A DNA stretch of 64,000 nt from Acidobacteriota bacterium (lineage in GTDB: Bacteria > Acidobacteriota > UBA890 > WLXD01). Positions 58,919 through 64,000 of the stretch are shown here, piece after piece; position 1 is the first letter of the stretch, and each line of letters opens with the position of its first letter. Location: the NCBI GenBank assembly GCA_963666055.2, contig CAXWPH010000015.1, forward strand, positions 608,001 to 672,000, given 5' to 3'. The translations under genes and the position numbers were made by a program. The notes beneath the pieces are model-generated. The model searched no databases and was not told the DNA's origin. It was given only the letters and a program-made list of their open reading frames with translations.

Positions 58919-59988
58919 TCAGCCGCCGATCGCCACCAGGTGGCGATCGGTACGGATGAAGATCCGGCCGTTCGAGATAGCCGGGGAAGCGATAACGCGC
59001 TCGTCCAGCGGGTTGCGAGACAGCACACGCGGCGAATCACCCGCCGCCACCACGACGGTCTCGCCAGTCTCGCTCACGAAGTAGACCTTGCCGTCGCCCG
59101 CCACCGGCGAGGCGGAAAAGACCCCGCCGACGCGCTCCTGCCAGACGCGCTCGCCAGTCACTGCCTTCACCGCGCTGATGATGCCGCTGCCGTTGGACAT
59201 GTAGATGTTTCCTCGATACAGCACCACCGATGAGACATACGGAGCACCGGTAGGGACGCGCCAGAGAACGTGGCTATCGGTGACGTCACCGCGGCCACCC
59301 ATACGGATCGCCATGTAGGGGCCACTCCGATGCCCACGGCTGGTGTACAGCACGCCCGCCTCATAGGTCGGTACCCCGATCGGGAATTGGTTGTTCTCGC
59401 CGGTGTGCCAGAGAAGCTCGCCGGTGCCTGGGTCGTAGGCTTCGAGTCGCTGGCTGGCGTTGACGATCAGCTCATCGCCGCCCGGCCCCGGCACGACGGT
59501 CGGCGTGCTGTACGAGGTCGTCGAGCTCGGGCGGTCGACGCGCCGCTGTTCCTCGCCGGTGCGCGCGTCAAGCCACAGAAGGTACGCGCCGGGGCCATGA
59601 TCGCACTGTAGGATGAGCGCGTCGCCGTAAAGCGTCGGCGAGCTCGCGTGCCCCCACGCGATGTTGAAGCTCTTCTCGCCCTCATCGAGCTGCCGCTGCC
59701 ATACGGCTTCGCCGCCCATGTCGACAGCGATGACCTGCCCGGTTCCGAACCACGCGTACACTCGCTCGCCGTCGGTCACCGGGCTCGGGCTGGCGAGGTT
59801 GTGCTTGTCGTGGACCGGGAACAGCCGGCCGGCGGCCTCGATCTCATGTTCCCAAAGCAGTCGCCCATCCTGCCGATCAAACGATGCTACGACGAACGCG
59901 ACACTACGATCGGTCGCTCCGGACGCATCGCCTAGCAGCCGCTCGCCCGAGTCCTTCGGGCTCGCGAAGCTCCTGGCCCCCGACGAAC
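58919..59988 (-). pseudogene. PQQ-binding-like (BamB-like) beta-propeller, 5' part missing
   Basis: HNLASPSPVTDGE, WGHASSP, FSASPV; frame open to about 59988 with no start or signal peptide. Confidence 0.7.
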
Positions 59989-60073
59989 CTCAGCAGGCTA
60001 CGTAGATGCTGACAGGTGCGATCACCAGCGAGGGCACGGCCTTCGTTCAACCGCCGTATGCGGATCTCCACCG

Positions 60074-60883
60074 GTGAACTCGGACGACGGCGTGAGGTCG
60101 CTTGAAGCGGCCAGGTCGGAAGGCGTCAGAGATGACCCTAGTCCGCTTGTCACAATCATTGTGCCCGTCTACAACGAGGTGGGAACGATTCAGGAGATTC
60201 TTCGACGAATTCTCCGATCGCCGATAAGAAAAGAAGTTGTCGTTGTTGATGACGGATCGACAGACGGAACACGCGAGCTGCTGATCGATCTACAGTCGAG
60301 GCAGGACAGCAACACGAGTGATTCACCGCCCGACGGCAGTTGCTCCTTATCGAACGAGAACATCCAGATCTTGTTTCACGAGCACAACAGGGGGAAAGGT
60401 GCCGCCCTACGTACTGGGTTCGGTGCGGCAGTCGGAGACATCATTCTCATTCAGGAGGCCGACCTGGAATACGATCCGAGTGACTACCCTGTTCTATTGG
60501 CTCCAATAAGGGCCGGCTTGGCGGACGTTGTATACGGATCGAGATTTCTGGGTGGCCCGCACCGGGTTCTCTATTTCTGGCATTCTGTGGCCAACGGGAT
60601 GCTTACATTGCTTTCGAACATTCTGACGGACCTCAATCTGACGGATGCGTGGACTTGCTACAAGGCCTTCCGAAGAGAGGTTCTACAGAAGATTCGACTC
60701 GAGGAGGATCGCTTCGGCTTCGAAGTAGAGTTCACAGCTGAAGTGGCGCGCGCCGGACTCTCGATCTACGAGGTGCCGGTTTCCTACCATGGAAGAACCT
60801 ATGCTGAGGGCAAGAAGATCACCTGGCGAGACGGCCTGAAGGGATTGTGGCAGACCGTAAGACACGGTCTATTCAAGCGATAG
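60074..60883 (+). CDS. GT2 glycosyltransferase (DPM1-like)
   Basis: IIVPVYNE, VDDGSTDGT, NRGKGAA, QEADLEYDP, YGSRF, EGKKITWRDG. Confidence 0.9.
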   Translation: MNSDDGVRSLEAARSEGVRDDPSPLVTIIVPVYNEVGTIQEILRRILRSPIRKEVVVVDDGSTDGTRELLIDLQSRQDSNTSDSPPDGSCSLSNENIQILFHEHNRGKGAALRTGFGAAVGDIILIQEADLEYDPSDYPVLLAPIRAGLADVVYGSRFLGGPHRVLYFWHSVANGMLTLLSNILTDLNLTDAWTCYKAFRREVLQKIRLEEDRFGFEVEFTAEVARAGLSIYEVPVSYHGRTYAEGKKITWRDGLKGLWQTVRHGLFKR

Positions 60884-60950
60884 CAAAGACCCTCAGCGGT
60901 GAGGGTCGTCACCGTTTCCGGAGTCGTTCGCGCTAGTACGAGAGCTGGGA

Positions 60951-61322
60951 TCAACGTGCCCGCAGCGCCAGGACGAGAGCCTCTCGGCCGGACGGCACGG
61001 CGACGCGCGTCGGAGGCCCGGCCAGCTTAGCCGGCACCGACAGTTGCTGCAGGGCCGCGCCGGTTTCGACATCGAGAAACTCCCCCGTCATCGACCGGGG
61101 CAACTTCAGTAAGAGCTCTGAAGCCAGCGTGGTTTCTTCCATATACACGATGACCTGGTCTCGGCCGAACAGGCCGAATGTCGGTCCGGGTGACCTGGCT
61201 CCACGGAAGTACTCGGAGCCGGGCGGCATTCGGATGAAGATGACATCCTCCCACGCCAGGTTGCCCAACAGTGCGCTGAGCCTTCCCGGTGTCGCCTGGA
61301 GGATCCGATACAGGTGGTCTAG
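60951..61322 (-). pseudogene. C-terminal fragment of an unknown gene cut at a family-A end
   Basis: Coding-like frame begins exactly at CTAG 61319-61322. Confidence 0.45.
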
Positions 61323-61352
61323 CAGGCCGTGGTGAAAGTGTGGTGGTTCTGG
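61323..61352. mobile_element. Family-A element end
   Basis: CTAG-CAGGCCGTGGTGAAAGTGTGGTGGTTCTG; another CTAG at 61373-61376. Confidence 0.8.
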
Positions 61353-61509
61353 ATGATAGAGGATCGCGATGTCTAGCGGCCCGCCCTCTCCGGCGATCAC
61401 CCAGTAGCGTGTCCGCGGCGGTATCGTCAGCAGAAAATCGGCGTCGACGCAGTGCACTGCGTTGTCCGGCAACGCCTACCGAGTCAGCCGGACGTCCGCC
61501 CGCGCCGGT

Positions 61510-64000
61510 TCACTCGCGTGGCTTGCGCCCGATCAGTCGTATGTGTCGTAGCGATACCTGCCGGCGATGGCCGGCCTCACCTACGAGCACGTCGGCCCGT
61601 CCGTGGCCGACGTGCTCCGCGGCGGTACCTGGTGTGAGGCCTGGCGCCCCGATCAAAGCGTACCTCCGCACCGTCTCCCCGGCCCGCAGCGACGCGCCCA
61701 AACGACGCAGCGCCGCTGCCACCGGTGGTGACACTCGCAGCCCTTCCGGGTAGCGAATGCCGAGTGCCACCACGTCGGTTTCGGGCACCGAGTCGAGGAA
61801 GGCGATGAGCTCGCCTTGCTGAAATCCGTCCGCAGGAAACATCGCCTGATAGCGGATGCGATCGCCGCGGCGTCCGAGGTTGTACACCTGGATGCCGAAG
61901 TTGTTCATGGCGTCGCGCCATGCGTCGTTGATTGCCAGCAACACCCCGATTCCCTGCGCGTCGATCAAGAGATCAACTCCCAGATGCCGCCCGCTCGAGC
62001 CTATCTCGGGGCCAGGGACGGAAGCGTCGAGAACGTAGCCGCTGTTCAACGACAGGGTCGCCGTGCCGTCCGGGTCGAATGCGCCCGCCTCCGGGACCGG
62101 CACTTCGAACCGACGCCAATCAAGCCCCAACTCGAGATCCTCGGGCGGCGCACCGCCCCACGCGACCTTCAGCACCGGCCGCCGGGCCGTGGATGTCGCT
62201 GCCACACGTGCTTGAAAGACAACGCCGCTTGCCGCCCGTAGCTGTGACCCGGTGAACCGGCGTGACATGTCAAGGCCGGAGTCGAGGTCGCGTCGCACTT
62301 CGAACACCAGCACGTCGCCGAGACGCTTCACCAGCGACAGCCTGCGCCGATCGGCAAGCAGTTGTCGTGAGAGCACGCGATCGAAGTCGTCCCCGTACTC
62401 ACTGCCGTGAACGATCAGGTAGTCCACCGGAAAGCGCCGCCGCAGCGTGTCCAGGAACTCGTCGCCGAGATCTCGCGTCCTCAGCAACGCTAGCCAGGAG
62501 CTCGGGACGAAACCACTGTAACCGTTCACCAGCGGCAGGAAGTGTAGGGTCGAGCCGAGCATGTAACGCACGTTTCCGCGGATCACATCGCCACCCGGCG
62601 CCAATGGCGTGTGCACGATCGAGGTGTGCTTCGGCTGCTCCGCCAACCACACGTCGACCTCTGATTCCGATGGCGAGACCCCTACTGCGGGGAGCGGCCA
62701 TACTCGGTACTCGAACAGCAGCGTCGCCGCGAGCAGGGCGACGGCGGCGACGCGCACGCGACGCCAGCCGACGGCAGCCAGCCGGGTGCGCGCCAGCTGC
62801 CGTACCGCCGCCACACTGAAGCCCACCATGGCAGCAAAGAACAGCATCCAGAAGAGGCCGAAACGCCCCACTGCGCGCATGCTCCGGTACGGCTGCACGA
62901 GCTCGTGCAGGACGCGGAATGGCCCCACGCCCAGATCGGTGCCCGAACCCACGACACCCGGCCCGAAGGCCAGCAGGTAGCTGATCAACAGCATGAGCCC
63001 GAGGATCGCGTAGTGGGCGGCCCGGGTTGGCAGAGCTCGCCGCGACCGCAACCATAGCCACATCGCCAGTGTAGCGGCTACGCCGAGCCATAACGATGGG
63101 TGAATCGTCTGACAGAGCGCGATCAGTGGCTCGACAACTGGCGGGCGTCCTGCCCACCCCGCCACCAGGAAGCCGGCCACATGTAGCAGCCCAAACAGCA
63201 CGCTGGCGGCGATCGATGCCCGCAATACCCAAAGCTCGCGCCCCTTCCTCGGACCGACCGTGGCATCCACGCGAACCGCGGCGGCCCCAGGCCAGCGCTG
63301 ACCCACCAGCGCCGGCAGCAACACGACGGCACCGGCGATGAACAACAGCCAGGGCAGGACGCCGGGAAAGAAATTGGACTCGGATCGGTAGTAGGCTGCG
63401 GCAAGCAGGCGCATGTGGGGCGCCTTGTTGAGCAAACTCGGCGACACGTAAGCTTGTAATTGTGCCCCGCCGACATCACGCAGGCCGCGTTCGAACCCCT
63501 CGGCTTCATTCACCCACATATACGGCAGGCTGATCGGCACGACGAGGACCGCCGCGACAACCACGGCAACGGCGGCATCGCCCACCAGACGGCGGCCGGC
63601 GACCACCTGCCCCGCGGCCCGATGGTGAACGAGCAGCAACCCCGTGTAGATCAACACGAACGGCAAGAACATGAGCCCGAGGTAAATCCCCGACAGGTAC
63701 TGCAGACCGAACAGGCCGCCGGCCGCTACGGCGTAGCGTCGTTGGCCGCTGTCGAAGTACAGCGCGATGGCGAGAAGCGTGAAGGGGATCCACTGGCCTG
63801 TGAGCAGCTGCAGGTGCGCCAGGTGGTCGAACTTTACCGGCGCGAAGGCCCAGATGAAGCCAGCCACGAGCCCGCCGAACAGGCTGCCCGAGATCACCCG
63901 AACCCATAGGGCCGTCGCCATGCCGGAGAGCACGAACGACGCGAACAGCACGACGTTGTAGGCCAGCACCGGCTCGCCCCACCAGTTCAGCGGCGCCACG
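61510..64000 (-). CDS. Large membrane protein, YfhO/GT-C glycosyltransferase-like, 5' end outside window
   Basis: AYN.V...LSG, HLAHLQL, PYRSMRAVGRF, STLHFLPLVNGYSGFVP; many TM helices. Confidence 0.75.
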   Translation of the reverse strand, partial: VAPLNWWGEPVLAYNVVLFASFVLSGMATALWVRVISGSLFGGLVAGFIWAFAPVKFDHLAHLQLLTGQWIPFTLLAIALYFDSGQRRYAVAAGGLFGLQYLSGIYLGLMFLPFVLIYTGLLLVHHRAAGQVVAGRRLVGDAAVAVVVAAVLVVPISLPYMWVNEAEGFERGLRDVGGAQLQAYVSPSLLNKAPHMRLLAAAYYRSESNFFPGVLPWLLFIAGAVVLLPALVGQRWPGAAAVRVDATVGPRKGRELWVLRASIAASVLFGLLHVAGFLVAGWAGRPPVVEPLIALCQTIHPSLWLGVAATLAMWLWLRSRRALPTRAAHYAILGLMLLISYLLAFGPGVVGSGTDLGVGPFRVLHELVQPYRSMRAVGRFGLFWMLFFAAMVGFSVAAVRQLARTRLAAVGWRRVRVAAVALLAATLLFEYRVWPLPAVGVSPSESEVDVWLAEQPKHTSIVHTPLAPGGDVIRGNVRYMLGSTLHFLPLVNGYSGFVPSSWLALLRTRDLGDEFLDTLRRRFPVDYLIVHGSEYGDDFDRVLSRQLLADRRRLSLVKRLGDVLVFEVRRDLDSGLDMSRRFTGSQLRAASGVVFQARVAATSTARRPVLKVAWGGAPPEDLELGLDWRRFEVPVPEAGAFDPDGTATLSLNSGYVLDASVPGPEIGSSGRHLGVDLLIDAQGIGVLLAINDAWRDAMNNFGIQVYNLGRRGDRIRYQAMFPADGFQQGELIAFLDSVPETDVVALGIRYPEGLRVSPPVAAALRRLGASLRAGETVRRYALIGAPGLTPGTAAEHVGHGRADVLVGEAGHRRQVSLRHIRLIGRKPRE

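Noticed and set aside
59932-60000. CTAG-CAGCC... as another element end
   Set aside because: The propeller reading frame continues through the CTAG and the match to the TIRs is poor.

Overview
High-GC bacterial window, probably Acidobacteriota (inferred from an ADOP/MacB-type permease remnant and many secreted S9/M24/M28 peptidases, amidohydrolases and beta-propellers). Coding content: a tandem-Rieske/SDR/ThDP/MFS/homocysteine-methyltransferase catabolic cluster; a peptide-type ABC transporter plus hydantoinase/oxoprolinase locus disrupted by a complete IS5 (TTAA duplication) and a deletion junction; an arginine-synthetase(ArcE)-like GTPase; an ECF42 sigma/YciI pair; tenA; an FTR1 permease with a Fur-like box; and a UGA-recoded GrdB/PrdB-like selenoprotein with a SECIS hairpin. 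The most striking unexplained feature is a set of CTAG-targeting non-coding elements. Two families with unrelated terminal inverted repeats share the same 271-bp symmetric layout (30+101+9+101+30 nt), with two oppositely oriented copies of a structurally conserved hairpin motif. They also occur as collapsed 17-29 bp scars, stack at one CTAG site, and often sit at amber stop codons. Several pseudogenes or frameshifts are present, some possibly sequencing errors. No rRNA, tRNA or CRISPR array was recognised. All family assignments come from motif recognition, not database searches.
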